Below, in pieces: positions 14,150 through 26,430 of a DNA stretch of 64,000 nt; positions within the stretch are counted from its first letter, which is position 1; each line of letters begins with the position of its first letter. Location: positions 587,516-651,515 of the forward strand of contig NIVC01000462.1 in NCBI GenBank assembly GCA_002269645.1, read 5' to 3'. The translations under genes were made by a program, and so were the position numbers. The notes beneath the pieces were generated by a model, which did no database searches, was not told where the DNA came from, and saw only the letters and a list, made by a program, of their open reading frames with translations. The DNA comes from Macrostomum lignano (Eukaryota).

Positions 14150-17118
14150 GTCATTACCCCTAAATAGAAAATATTCCCAAGACAGCAAGCATCCCCCAGT
14201 AGCAAGCATCCCCTAATACTCCTAGCAAGCATCCACCCAGATAGCAAGCATCTGCAGATAGCAAGCATCTTGCAGATAGCAAGCATCTTGCAGATAGCAA
14301 GCATACCCCAAATAATGTAGAAGCATCCTTCCAGATAGCAAGCATCCTGCACATAGCAAGAATCCCTAAATAGCAAGCATCCCTGGATAGAAATAATCCT
14401 ATACATGTAGCCAAGCTTATCAAGCGCAGTAATCCTTGGCTATCGAGTGCAGTAATCCTTGGTTTATTAATAGCAATAATCCATGGCTTATCGAGTGCAG
14501 TAATCCTTGGTTTATTAATAGCAATAATCCTTGGCTTATCGAGTGCAGTAATTCATGGTTTATTAATAGCAATAATCCTTGGCTTATCGAGTGCAGTAAT
14601 CCTTGGTTTATTAATAGCAATAATCCATGCCTTATCGAGTGCAGTAATCCTTGGTTTATTAATAGCAATAATCCTTGGCTTGTCGAGTGCAGTAATCCTT
14701 GGTTTGCCAAGTGCATAATCCTTGGTTTATTAATAGCAATAATCCTTGGTTTATCGAGTGCAGTAATCCTTGGTTTATTAATAGCAATAATCCTTGGCTT
14801 ATCGAGTGCAGTAATCCTTGGTTTATTAATAGCAATAATCCATGGCTTATCGAGTGCAGTAATCCTTGGTTTGCCAAGAGCAATAGTCCTTGGTTTATTG
14901 AGTGCAGTAATCCTTGGTTTATTAATAGCAATAGTCCTTGGTTTATTGAGTGCAGTAATCCTTGGTTTATTAATAGCAATAATCCTTGGCTTATCGAGTG
15001 CAGTAATCCTTGGTTTGCCAAGTGCATAATCCTTGGTTTATCGAGTGCAGTAATCCTTGGTTTATTAATAGCAATAATCCTTGGCTTATCGAGTGCAGTA
15101 ATCCTTGGTTTGCCAAGAGCAATAGTCCTTGGCTTATCGAGTGCAGTAATCCTTGGTTTGCCAAGAGCAATAGTCCTTGGTTTATTGAGTGCAGTAATCC
15201 TTGGTTTATTAATAGCAATAGTCCTTGGTTTATTGAGTGCAGTAATCCTTGGTTTATTAATAGCAATAATCCTTGGCTTATCGAGTGCAGTAATCCTTGG
15301 TTTGCCAAGTGCATAATCCTTGGTTTATTAATAGCAATAATCCTTGGCTTATCGAGTGCAGTAATCCTTGGTTTATTAATAGCAATAATCCTTGGTTTAT
15401 CGAGTGCATTAATCCTTGGTTTATTAATAGCAATAATCCTTGGCTTATCGATTGCAGTAATCCTTGGTTTATTAATAGCAATAATCCTTGGCTTATCGAG
15501 TGCAGTAATCCTTGGTTTGCCAAGAGAAATAGTCCTTGGTTTTTTGAGTGCAGTAATCCTTGGTTTATTAATAGCAATAGTCCTTGGTTTATTGAGTGCA
15601 GTAATGCTTGGTTTATTAATAGCAATAATCCTTGGCTTATCGATTGCAGTAATCCTTGGTTTGCCAAGTGCATAATCCTTGGTTTATTAATAGCAATAAT
15701 CCTTGGCTTATCGATTGCAGTAATCCTTGGTTTGCCAAGTGCATAATCCTTGGTTTATTAATAGCAATAATCCTTGGCTTATCGAGTGCAGTAATCCTTG
15801 GTTTATTAATAGCAATAATCCTTGGCTTATCGAGTGCATTAATCCTTGGTTTATTAATAGCAATAATCCTTGGCTTATCGAGTGCAGTAATCCTTGGTTT
15901 ATTAATAGCAATAATCCATGGCTTATCGAGTGCAGTAATCCTTGGTTTGCCAAGAGCAATAGTCCTTGGCTTATCGAGTGCAGTAATCCTGGTTTAAGAG
16001 CAATAGTCCTTGGTTTATTGAGTGCAGTAATTCTTGGTTTATTAATAGCAATAGTCCTTGGCTTATCGAGTGCAGTAATCCTTGGTTTATTAATAGCAAT
16101 AATCCTTGGTTATCGAGTGCAGTAATCCTTGGTTTATTAATAGCAATAATCCTTGGCTTATCGAGTGCAGTAATCCTTGGTTTATTAATAGCAATAATCC
16201 ATTGGCTTATGAGTGCAGTAATCCTTGGTTTATTAATAGCAATAATCCTTGGCTTATCGAGTGCAGTAATTCATGGTTTATTAATAGCAATAATCCTTGG
16301 CTTATCGAGTGCAGTAATCCTTGGTTTATTAATAGCAATAATCCAATCGAGTGCAGTAATCCTTGGCCAAGAGCAATAATCCTTGGCTTATCGAGTGCAG
16401 TATTCCTTGGTTTGCCATGAGCAATAATCCTTAGCTTATCGAGTGCAGTAATCTAAGTGTTTTTATTTATTCCTTTAATAAAAGCTTTTAATAAAAAATT
16501 TTACACTACTACTTTTAAACTACTTAGATTCGAACCCAGGTCGCTGCATTAGCAGTCTGGTCTGCTCAGCTCTAGGCTAGCTCTCATCGAAGTTATCAGT
16601 GAATTTGTACCACTTATATAATTCAACACTCACACCAAGTCAGGTAGAGTAAAAAGTCACGCGAAGCAGTTATGACATAATCAATTTCTTAGGCAAGTCA
16701 GTACCAGTGTCTATGAAAGTTAACAATATGGTTACGTAATATAAATTCAGTACTGCACTATACTTTCACCCTCAAAGCTGTGACGCAATTCAATTGAGTG
16801 TCAAATTCAGCCAGTACACAGACGATAAATAAAGTGTATTGTGATGCAATCTATTTCAGAATCAGAATTCAACCAGTCAGATTTTTCTCTAGCATTCTTA
16901 CAATGCATTTCAGGTCGAAAGAGCTGCTTGACCTTTGCAAAAAATCATGTTTTTCGAATATTTAATCCCTTTAACATTGAGCAATTTCTTAGCCAATATG
17001 CATGTACCGTCCCGGGAAAATTTCTGATCGAATGGTGCAAGTTTGAAGAAAATCGGTTGAGCCGTTCGGAAGAAAATCAATTACAAGCAAGCAACCAAGC
17101 ATTTCATTTTTAGTATAT
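14150..17118 (+). mobile_element. HINE/Helentron-like element, unit F (5' truncated)
   Basis: Begins at the ccctaaatagaaaatattcccaagacagc segment seen in unit D at 6421. Then minisatellite, Sat1 dimer 14415-16454, tRNA-like 16527-16581, core, short (CAAG)n and ttttagtatattag. Confidence 0.6.
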
Positions 17119-20100
17119 TAGACAATATTCGCCCCCCGATGGGGGACATGTAGATAGAATCTCTGTTCTCTACAAGTATCAATAAGATGGCCAAACAAAG
17201 CCTTCACATAGTCAAACGAAAAACTGCTCAGATGAAGTGCAATGCAAAAAGAAAACATCCTAAGACAGCAAGATTCCCCCAGATAGCAAGCACCTCCAGA
17301 TAGCAAGCACCCCCAAGATAGCAGGTACCCCCAGTTAGCAAGCACCTCCAGATAGCAAGCACCCCCCAGATAGCAGGCACCCCCAGATAGCAGGCACCCC
17401 CAGATAGCAGGCACCCCCCAGATAGCAAGCACCCCCAGATAGCAAGCATCCCCCCCCCAGATAGCAAGCACCACCAGATAGCAGGCACCCCCCAGATAGC
17501 AAGCATCCCCCAGAAAGCAAGCACCCCAGATAGCAAGCACCCCCCGATAGCAAGCACCCCCAGATAGCAGGCACCCCCCAGATAGCAAGCATCCCCCAGA
17601 TAGCAAGCACCCCCCAGATAGCAGGCACCCCCCAGATAGCAAGCACCCCCCAGATAGCAAGCACCCCCCAGATAGCAGGCACCCCCAGATAGCAAGCACC
17701 CCCCAGATAGCAAGCATCCCCCCCAGATAGCAAGCACCCCCAGATAGCAGGCTCTCCCAGATAGCAAGCACCTCCAGATAGCAAGCACCTCCAGATAGCA
17801 AGCACCCCCAGATAGCAAGCACCCCCAGATAGCAAGCACCACCAGATAGCAAGCACCCCCAGATAGCAGGCTCTCCCAGATAGCAAGCACCTCCAGATAG
17901 CAAGCACCCCAGATAGGAAGCACCCCAGAAAGCAAGCACCCCAGATAGCAAGCACCCTCAGATAGCAAGCACCCCCAGATAGCAAGCACCCCCAGATAGC
18001 AAGCACCCCCAGATAGCAAGCACCCCCAGATAGCAAGCACCCCCAGATAGCAAGCAACCCCAGATAGCAAGCACCCCAGATAGCAAGCAACCAATTGATA
18101 GTAAGCAACCAATTGATAGCAAGCACCCCAAGATAGCAAGCACCCCAGATAGCAAGCAACCAATTGATAGCAAGTATTGATCCTTAAATAGCAAGCATCC
18201 ACCGGACAATAAGTAGCAAGTGCAACAATTTCCTTAGCTTTATAATGGCTCCTTTGTGATTGGCATGACGCTTCTTTTTACGTTTGAAACTGCGTCTCCT
18301 ATGTTTGACTTGGTGGCTCTTTAATGTTCAACATGGTGGCTTTTTACTGTTAGACATGGTGGTTCTTCTATGTTTGACATGGTGGCTCTTTAATGTTCGA
18401 CATGTTGGCTTTTTACTGTTAGACATGGTGGTTCTTCTATGTTTGACATGGTGGCTCTTTAATGTTCGACATGATGGCTCTTTAATGTTCGACATGGTGG
18501 CTCTTTAATGTTAGACATGGTGGCTCTTTATTGTTTGACATGGTGGCTCTTCTATTTTTGACATGGTGGCTCTTTAATGATCGACATGGTGGTTGTTTAA
18601 TATTCTACATGGTGGCTCTTTTATGTTCGACATTGTGGCTCTTAAATATTCTACATGGTGGCTCTTTTATGTTCGACATTGTGGCTCTTTAAAGTTCTTC
18701 ATGGTATAGCTCTTTTATGTTAGACATGGTGGTTCTTTAATGTTCGACATAGTGGCTCTTTAATGTTTGAAATGGTGGCTCTTTAATGTTCGACATGGTG
18801 GCTCTTTAATGTTCTTCATGGTATAGCTCTTTTATGTTAGACATGGTGGTTCTTTAATGTTCGACATAGTGGCTCTTTAATGTTTGAAATATTGGCTCTT
18901 TAATGTTTGACATGGTGGCTCGTTTAGGTTTGACATAATGGCTCTTTAATGTTTGACATAGTGGCTCTTTAATGTTCGATATGGTGGCTCTTTTATGTTA
19001 GACATGGTGGCTCTTTTAGGTTTGACATGATGGCACTTTTATGTTTTGACATGGCGGCTCTTTAATGTTGGATATGGTGGCTCTTAATTGTTTGACATGG
19101 TGGCTCTTTAATGTTTGAAATGGTGGCTCTTTAAAATTCTACATGGTGGCTCTTTAATGTTCGACATGGTGGTTCTTTAATGTTTTTCATTTTATAGCTC
19201 TTTTATGTTACACATGGTGGCTCTTTAATGTTCGACATGGTGGCTCTTCTATGTTTGACATAAAGTCACATATGTTTGACATGGTGGCTCTTTAATGTTC
19301 GACATGGTGGATCTTTTTTGTTCTACATGGTAACTCCTTTATGTTAGATGCGGTGGCTTTTTAATGTCTGACATGTTGGCTCTTTTATGTTTGACATGGT
19401 AGCTCTTTAATGTTCGACATGGTGGATCTTTTTTGTTCTACATGGTAACTCTTTTATGTTAGATGCGGTGGCTTTTTAATGTCTGACATGTTGGCTCTTT
19501 TATGTTTGACATGGTGGCTCTTTAATGTTTGACATGGTGGCTCTTCAATGTTTGACATGGTGGCTCTTTAATGTTCTTCATGGTATAGCTCTTTTATGTT
19601 AGACATGGTGGTTCTTTAATGTTCGACATAGTGGCTCTTTAATGTTTGAAATGGTGGCTCTTTAATGTTTGGTATAAAGTCACATATTTGTTTGACATGG
19701 TGGCTCTTAAATGTTTGACATGGTGGGTCTTTTAGGTTTGACATAATGGCTCTTTAATGTTTGACATACTGGCTCTTTAATGTTCGATATGGTGGCTCTT
19801 TTATGTTTGACATGGTGGCTCTTTAATGTTTGACATGGTGGCTCTTTAATGTTCTTCATGGTATAGCTCTTTTATGTTAGACATGGTGGTTCTTTAATGT
19901 TCGACATAGTGGCTCTTTAATGTTCGAAATGGTGGCTCTTTTATGTTTGACATAAAGTCACTTATATGTTTTACATGGTGCCTCTTAAATATTAGACATG
20001 GTCGCTCGTTTAGGTTTGACATGGTGGCTCTTTAATGTTCGACATGGTGGCTCTTTAATATTCGATATGTTGGCTCTTTAATGTTTGACATGGTGGCTAT

Positions 20101-20640
20101 GGAATCATTTGACAAGATTCGAACCCAGGTGGCTACATTAGCATTCCAGTCTGTTCGCATCAGGGCTATCTTTTTTCAATTGGAGAACATGAATTGTGGC
20201 CCTTATAATTCAATTCTTACAGCAAGTCAATTGGAGTAAAAAGTTATGACATAATCAATTTCTCAGTCAGCTAGAATCAGTCTCAATTTAAGTTGGCAAT
20301 ATGGTTACGCAATTTCATTCAAGTCGTGTGTGCATTTCTTTGACACTGTTTTCAACTTGTTGTGATGCAATCTTTATCACAATCGGAATTGAGCCAGTCA
20401 GTTTTTTCTCTAGCATTCTTACAATGCATTTCAAGTCGAAAATTTTGCTTGACCTTTGCAAAAAAGCATGTTTTTCGAATATTTAATTCCTTTAGAATTG
20501 AGCAATTTCTTAGCCAAGATGCATGTACCGTCCCAGGAAAATTTCTGATCAAATGGTGCAAGTTTGAAGAAAATCGGTTGAGCCAATTTTTCTGAAATCT
20601 ATCGCATACCCACAGACAACTCATTTTTAGTATATAGGAG
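17119..20640 (+). mobile_element. HINE/Helentron-like element, unit G
   Basis: cccccc-gat-ggggg hairpin, expanded minisatellite 17268-18205, Sat2 18300-20100, tRNA-like 20116-20170, core 20360-20595 and ttttagtatatagg. Confidence 0.6.
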
Positions 20641-20735
20641 GACAAGCATACAAACCTTAGAGATTTAGTATATTTAGAAAACCTTAGAGATTTAGTATAT
20701 TTAGATTAGTATATTGTGAGGATCTGGAAAATCCT

Positions 20736-21330
20736 TTGGAAATTGACCCCAATCTTGACTTTCCACCATTTCTATTTGAAAATATGGCTCGAAGAAACCC
20801 TACAGTGCATCGTGATGTTAATGAAACTGTTGGAATGTATACCATGGATAAGGACTTTAACACCTTCATTGAACACTTTGACCTTGTAACTCGCGAAAAC
20901 GGACTACTACAAAATCTAGAAAAGGCACTTCTTCTTCCTCCACTGCTAGAAGGTACTGCTCGAGAAATTTATGGCAAACTAAATGATCCTGCCCAGCAAT
21001 TCACCAGATGTGAAACCAATCTATCTGTGCTTCTACACAAACTTCATTATCGAAAAATGAGTCCGACGGAATCCTCGCTTCCAATTACCTTCGTCGATGA
21101 TGTTCGCAAAATTATTAAAGCGTTGCACCAGCCACCACCACCGAACCCATGAGCTCAACCTATCGGACCAGCAAAACTAGCTGCACGAGAAAGACAACGC
21201 CTTGCTGATCGAGAACAAAGCCTAATCCTCCAAGTCATTAATAATGCTCAACCTTGTCTGCGAGACAGGTTGTTAAGAGAAACTATTGAGACAGAGGAAC
21301 AGAAAGTTGAGAAGCAAGTTCCCCACGGGG
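20736..21330 (+). pseudogene. retrotransposon gag-like ORF remnant (5'-truncated second copy ~30585-31100)
   Basis: FNTFIEHFDLVTRENG...KALLLPPLLEGTAREIYGKL resembles the N-terminal motif of Ty3/Gypsy-type gag. There is an in-frame TGA at 21150-21152 and the frame continues beyond it. Confidence 0.45.
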
Positions 21331-23687
21331 CGCTATCACAAACCCTAAAAATCACATTCTCTAAAAGCAACCTACATCACAAACCCTAAATATCATAACC
21401 CCTAAATATCACATTCTCTAAATTCCAAAATTCCAAATTCCAGATATTTAGGGGGTTATTGTATTTAGGGTTTGTGCAGCTGATGTGTCTTGTAAAATTA
21501 TAGATTCAATTGCTTAAGAATTTACGTACTTAGCTCGTATGCTCTTTTTCCATCAGATGCTACTTGAAGTATAATTCAACATGACCAATACCACGCGCTG
21601 CTCGTAAAAATATGTAAATACCTCGTACACTATTCCTCTACCTACGGTTCTAGGTGCTACATTTATTATCCTTACAAGAAATTAAAAATGAACTCTTCCA
21701 ATACGTTAACGATATGGTCCTTCACCCATGCCCCATTGACTGTACAACGCATTGGAGCAGCTGCGGATCTCCTGAACTCTCCCAAGGCTTGGGTTTGAGT
21801 TGTCAGGTGTTGGCAGGTGTTTAGGGATAAAAAATGTCGTGCTACATAGCGGCAGTCAAAAGCTGGTAAGACTTTCGCCCGCACGCAGACCCCGGAATTG
21901 TTTGCTGAACGCTGTTTCATGCCAACTAAGAAAGTTTTAGACAATTTCCTAACTTTTCTGAAACACCTTTTAGGCCTTACTATAGAGTTGGAACCATTAT
22001 AGACAGATGTAGAAGTATATTGGGCTACTCATGAAAAGGTTATTGAGGCCGTCCTATTCATGGCATCTCTTTGAAATTTGAGCACAAATCAACTACATGG
22101 TCTATAGGCATTTTTCTACAGGCATTAGTATACGGGCATTTGTCTAATGGGCATTTGTCTATGGGCATTTGTCTATGGGCATTTGTCTATGGACATTTGT
22201 CTATGGCTATTTATCTGTGGATGATTTTTACGTCATTCTGGCTTCACTTCGGCCGCCTATCAAAACTCAACACAAACCTGAACAAATGGAATGAAAAAAA
22301 TCACGCAGGTAAATACTTATTCAACATGCTCTACATAATCTAAACTTAAATTTAAATATTTTTATTACTACAATCTATATTACTTATAATAGTTTAAACG
22401 GGTAACGCGATTATCTAAAGTCACGTGTGCCCTGCCAGCTTCCAACTTTCCGTACAGCATGTACTTTTATCTCAGCCCCGGGGGCAGAGCCGGTCGCCTG
22501 TACGAAATGCGTCTGGCTCTAGCTCAACGAGTTCCTGGGCTCGATTCCGTGAGCAGCCACATTCTGTAGAATCTTAAAAAAGCTGCTTAGGGTTTATTCC
22601 TCCCAGAGAAACTGGTTGACAACAAAAAACGCAAAACACTGCTTTGCAATTACAGAGTCAAGCATCCATAGCATTGTCTTATTGTTGACAAAATGTTCAA
22701 TTGCTTTGCATTGAGAGCTGATTGAATAGAAAATTGCTGTAACCCGAAAGACTTTTAAATTACAGGAGAGGAAAATAGAATTCTTGTTTTCTACCAGTTG
22801 AACCAGTTTTTTACCCTAAATATTTTAAGAGGGAACAAAAATTCCAGACTGAACGATAAGCAACCTCTGAGCTAGACACCAACACCGTAGTTGACTGGCA
22901 TTGAACTTAACTCACTATTAAATTTTTTTAAATCCCACAAAACCTAGAAACACAACACTTCAGCTGGAAAGTCAACCGGTTATTTAAAAAATTCTTTCAA
23001 AAGTTCGTCTCTTCCTCTGCCTTCTTACAGCTCCACAACAACGTAAGGATAAAAACAGCCAAGCAAAGAGACGATAAAACTGAGCAATGAGAGATGTCCT
23101 GAGATCACTTCTCAAAATCCATACCGGTATAAAGAAGAATTACCATAGTAACCACTCGAGACTGATTGCATCCGACTCAGATAGCTAGTAGCACATATGA
23201 ACTACTCTTTTGTTGCAATGAATTGAGTAGTATGACATTCTTGCTTTCAATTTGTAGCGCCTGGACAACAGATTGCGTATTCTGTGAAGATTCTGTGTTT
23301 GCAGATCCCCCTGGCAACGGGACGAGATCGGGCCGGCCGGGAGACAGCTTAGACGACAATGGATATGGCCCCGGACCCCCGGAGATGAGCAGCAGAACGC
23401 ACAGTTGACGGGAAATTGACGATAAGTTCAGCGAGAGACAGAAACCCAGGAAAGGGAGCGCCGCATCAAACTCAACCAATGCTTTAAACTCGCCACTCCA
23501 CCGCCCCTGCGAGGGCAGAGCTCTCTGGGGCTGCGTCCTTAACCAGGGGCGTCGCCAACGGGAGGGGGACAGGGGGACATGTCGCCTCCAGTAAAAGATC
23601 TGAGGGGACATGCCAATGCTTTGTCCCCCACCCCTACCTTGTGGCCCGTTGTGAAAATCAATAACAATTGCTGCATGGTGACAAAAT

Positions 23688-24288
23688 AGCGCCTGCGGCG
23701 CTGAAATGAGTGCCTGCGGCGCTAAAATGAGTGCCTGCGGCGCTGAAATGAGTGCCTGCCGCGCTAAAATGAGTGCCTGCGGCGCTAAAATGAGTGCCTG
23801 CGGCGCTGAAATGAGTGCCTGCGGCGCTGAAATGAGTGCCTGCGGCGCTGAAATGAGTGCCTGCGGCGCTAAAATGAGTGCCTGCGGCGCTAAAATGAGT
23901 GCCTGCCGCGCTAAAATGAGTGCCTGCGGCGCTAAAATGAGTGCCTGCCGCGCTAAAATGAGTGCCTGCGGCGCTAAAATGAGTGCCTGCCGCGCTAAAA
24001 TGAGTGCCTGCGGCGCTGAAATGAGTGCCTGCGGCGCTAAAATGAGTGCCTGCGGCGCTAAAATGAGTGCCTGCGGCGCTAAAATGAGTGCCTGCGGCGC
24101 TAAAATGAGTGCCTGCCGCGCTGAAATGAGTGCCTGCGGCGCTGAAATGAGTGCCTGCAATGCTAAAATGAGTGCCTGCCGCGCTGAAATGAGTGCCTGC
24201 GGCGCTGAAATGAGTGCCTGCCGCGCTGAAATGAGTGCCTGCAATGCTAAAATGAGTGCCTGCAATGCTAAAATGAGTGCCTGCAATG
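23688..24288. repeat. 21-bp GC-rich minisatellite (aaatgagtgcctgcggcgct[a/g]), copy 1
   Basis: About 28 tandem units; stop-free in three frames, giving 7-aa periodic ORFs. Confidence 0.95.
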
Positions 24289-24706
24289 CCGATTCCGAAA
24301 ATAATGTAAGTAGTATGCATGAGGGGGCTTCCAGGACAATTTTTGTTAAATCTCCCCTTAGATCAACATCTACTAAGATCTATTCATAAATAATGCGCTT
24401 ACACCTAAAATCAGCCATCCCAATGCAATACTTACAACCACTCATCTAAGGGGGATAAAAAAGTCACCCACCCCTTCCATAAAACAACCTAATCCCATTT
24501 AGATCGACATCTACTACGATCTATTCATATGCAATGCACTGACAGTTATAATCAGCTATCACCATGCAATACCTACACCTGTTTATCTTAAATGGGAAAA
24601 CTAGTCGATTCCATAATCGATTCTAGCTAGCATGACTAAGCATTTTTTAGCCTGAACTAAACTGCGCATAACCAAGGCTCCTCAACCACAACCGCTACTG
24701 AACTAC

Positions 24707-25110
24707 CTAAACCATCCTTAGACTTAAAATAATTTCCTTGTAGCTCATTCTGGTTTTCGTCATCGCATATAAAAAAGTCATGCACAGCTCTCCACAGGTG
24801 TCACTGTTAAGATCTTGAAGTATAAAGTCTGAGCGGTAAATTTTTTGCCCTTTAAAGTAATTTCTCAATTCTTCAGGTGGGGCTGTTCCATAGCTATCAA
24901 AGTAGTATTATGTATGCTTGCGATCAGGATCAATCAACCAACAGACCCAATGAGAACCTGGTTTGTCAAAAGTGTCAAAGTTCATGATACCGCATTCCTT
25001 TTTTATGGTATTGATTGATTTTGGAAGCGTATCTCTCATAAAGACCCCTCGGAAGCTTGGAATATCTCAAATTCATTAGCTAAATCTTGAAGAAAAGTAT
25101 ACGTTGTCAT
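24707..25110 (-). pseudogene. Maverick/Polinton adenain-type cysteine protease, decayed (copy 1)
   Basis: Manual translation gives MTTYTFLQDLANEFEI / frameshift / PSFRGVFMRDTLP...KPGSHWVCWLID...*YYFDSYGTAPP...LQDLNSDTCGELC. The His, Asp and Gln-Cys motifs of C5 proteases are present, with a frameshift and an internal stop. Confidence 0.85.
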
Positions 25111-25144
25111 TTTTAGATTTTATTAAATAAAAACCTTTTTCTCG

Positions 25145-25900
25145 CCACCTCCAATGACCAAAGGGTAGACTTTCAATGTTGCCATCTAAGACAAATCGTT
25201 TGTTGTCTGCACCTGAAAGACCAATCTTCTTTCTTTGAATTGTATAAACCACGAGTACATGGTCTTCTGACTGCAGTTTGGAGAATTTTGCCAGGCCAGG
25301 TCTCTATATTCGACTTCTTTTAACTCATTTTGAACTACATGCTTGGGAATACCTTTCGATCTTTTAATAGGTTCTGAGTCCTCACATTTTATAAAGTAGG
25401 ACTTTGCCCTCAGACCGATGAATTCGCTGATGATGTCCCCAGCCTTTTCATCTTTCATTTTCCCTAGGATTTTTTTATTTTGGGTGGAAAGTCAGAGAAG
25501 TAGTTATGCAGTTCTGTTGGGATCTCTACATCCACCTCATAAATTGCAGGTGCTGAGAAGTCCCATTCAATTTTTTCAAGCCACCTGAAATTTCCAACGG
25601 GTAACTCCTGATTCATTGCCCAACCATGGAGATTATTAGCATCTAGGTAGCTAATATAATTTAAGGGTTGTTCCTTATTATAATCTTCAATGTAGGGGTT
25701 ATTCGCTTTAGCATGCCTATGGAGGACACAGACAGAGATGCCCCCTCTTTTCGAACTTTCGACAAAATTGTACATATCTATATCCGTTAAGAGTTCAATG
25801 TACCAATCTGTATCTTGATCCCATTTCATTTTCAACAATGATTCCCAGCTAGTGACAGGCAAAGACACAAAATGCGCAGGGAAGAAGTTTATCCAAGAAG
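25145..25900 (-). pseudogene. Maverick/Polinton protein-primed DNA polymerase B fragment, internally deleted (copy 1)
   Basis: Motifs PAHFVSLPVTSWESLLKM, ELLTDIDMYNFVESSKRGGIS, YLDANNLHGWAMNQELP, GKMKDE...EFIGLRAKSY, KGI and DNKRFVLDGNIESLPFGH. The DFPP segment is joined directly to KKILGKMKDE, so the middle is missing. Confidence 0.92.
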
Positions 25901-26430
25901 TTTAACCAAGAAGTTTAGCATTATGAGCAATTGTAATAACCATCCTGAGAAGCTTTGCTTAGTGTAGAATTCTGACACTGTCCATCCGTAAACTAAACCA
26001 TTGCTGATCGAGACGGGAGTCAGATCCTCTTCCTATGAGACACTGCACAAACGACTGCCACCCAATAGCCGTGGCTTCCCCAAGCGTTGATTCCCAAAGC
26101 AGCTAGCGGGAAAATGAAAGCCCCAGCAGTCAGAAACAATAGCAGCTGAGACTGGGGTGGGTGGTGGGAGCCTGGGTCATGGCTTAGAAGAGTTCTCTTT
26201 CTCTCTGTGGCTAAGAGCCGCCCCTGAGTCAGTCTAGTAGCAAAATCCCCTCCCCTAGTTGATCATTGCCATTGCTTCCATCCCCGAACAGCCACCCCTG
26301 CCGGCGCCCCAACCCCCAGGTTCTCAATCTGCATCCGCGCCGCTCCCGGGATTCTGGGCCACCGACGCAGGTTTCAACTCCGCTTCATTGTCGCCTAATT
26401 GCCACAGGAATCGCTGAATACGCTGCCAAA

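Noticed and set aside
345-20100. Long ORFs of up to 748 aa (LLHSISQG, MLAIWG, GCLLSG and MSNIKEPP repeats)
   Set aside because: They are translations of 18-, 23-, 24- and 48-bp tandem repeats, open on both strands and in several frames, with no protein-like complexity.
1742-20645. Recurrent 77-aa ORF MMQS...EENRLS in five places
   Set aside because: It lies in the shared 3' core of the repeat element. Start codons are non-ATG and the ends vary, so nucleotide-level conservation explains it.
23177-24389. 369-, 220- and 227-aa ORFs as real genes
   Set aside because: They are driven by a stop-free 21-bp repeat, and the non-repeat parts show no recognisable domain.
22370-26240. Helitron capture of the Maverick fragment (atctatattacttataa as 5' end, ctagt at ~26235 as 3' end)
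   Set aside because: The 5' resemblance is weak and there is no proper subterminal hairpin before the CTAG.
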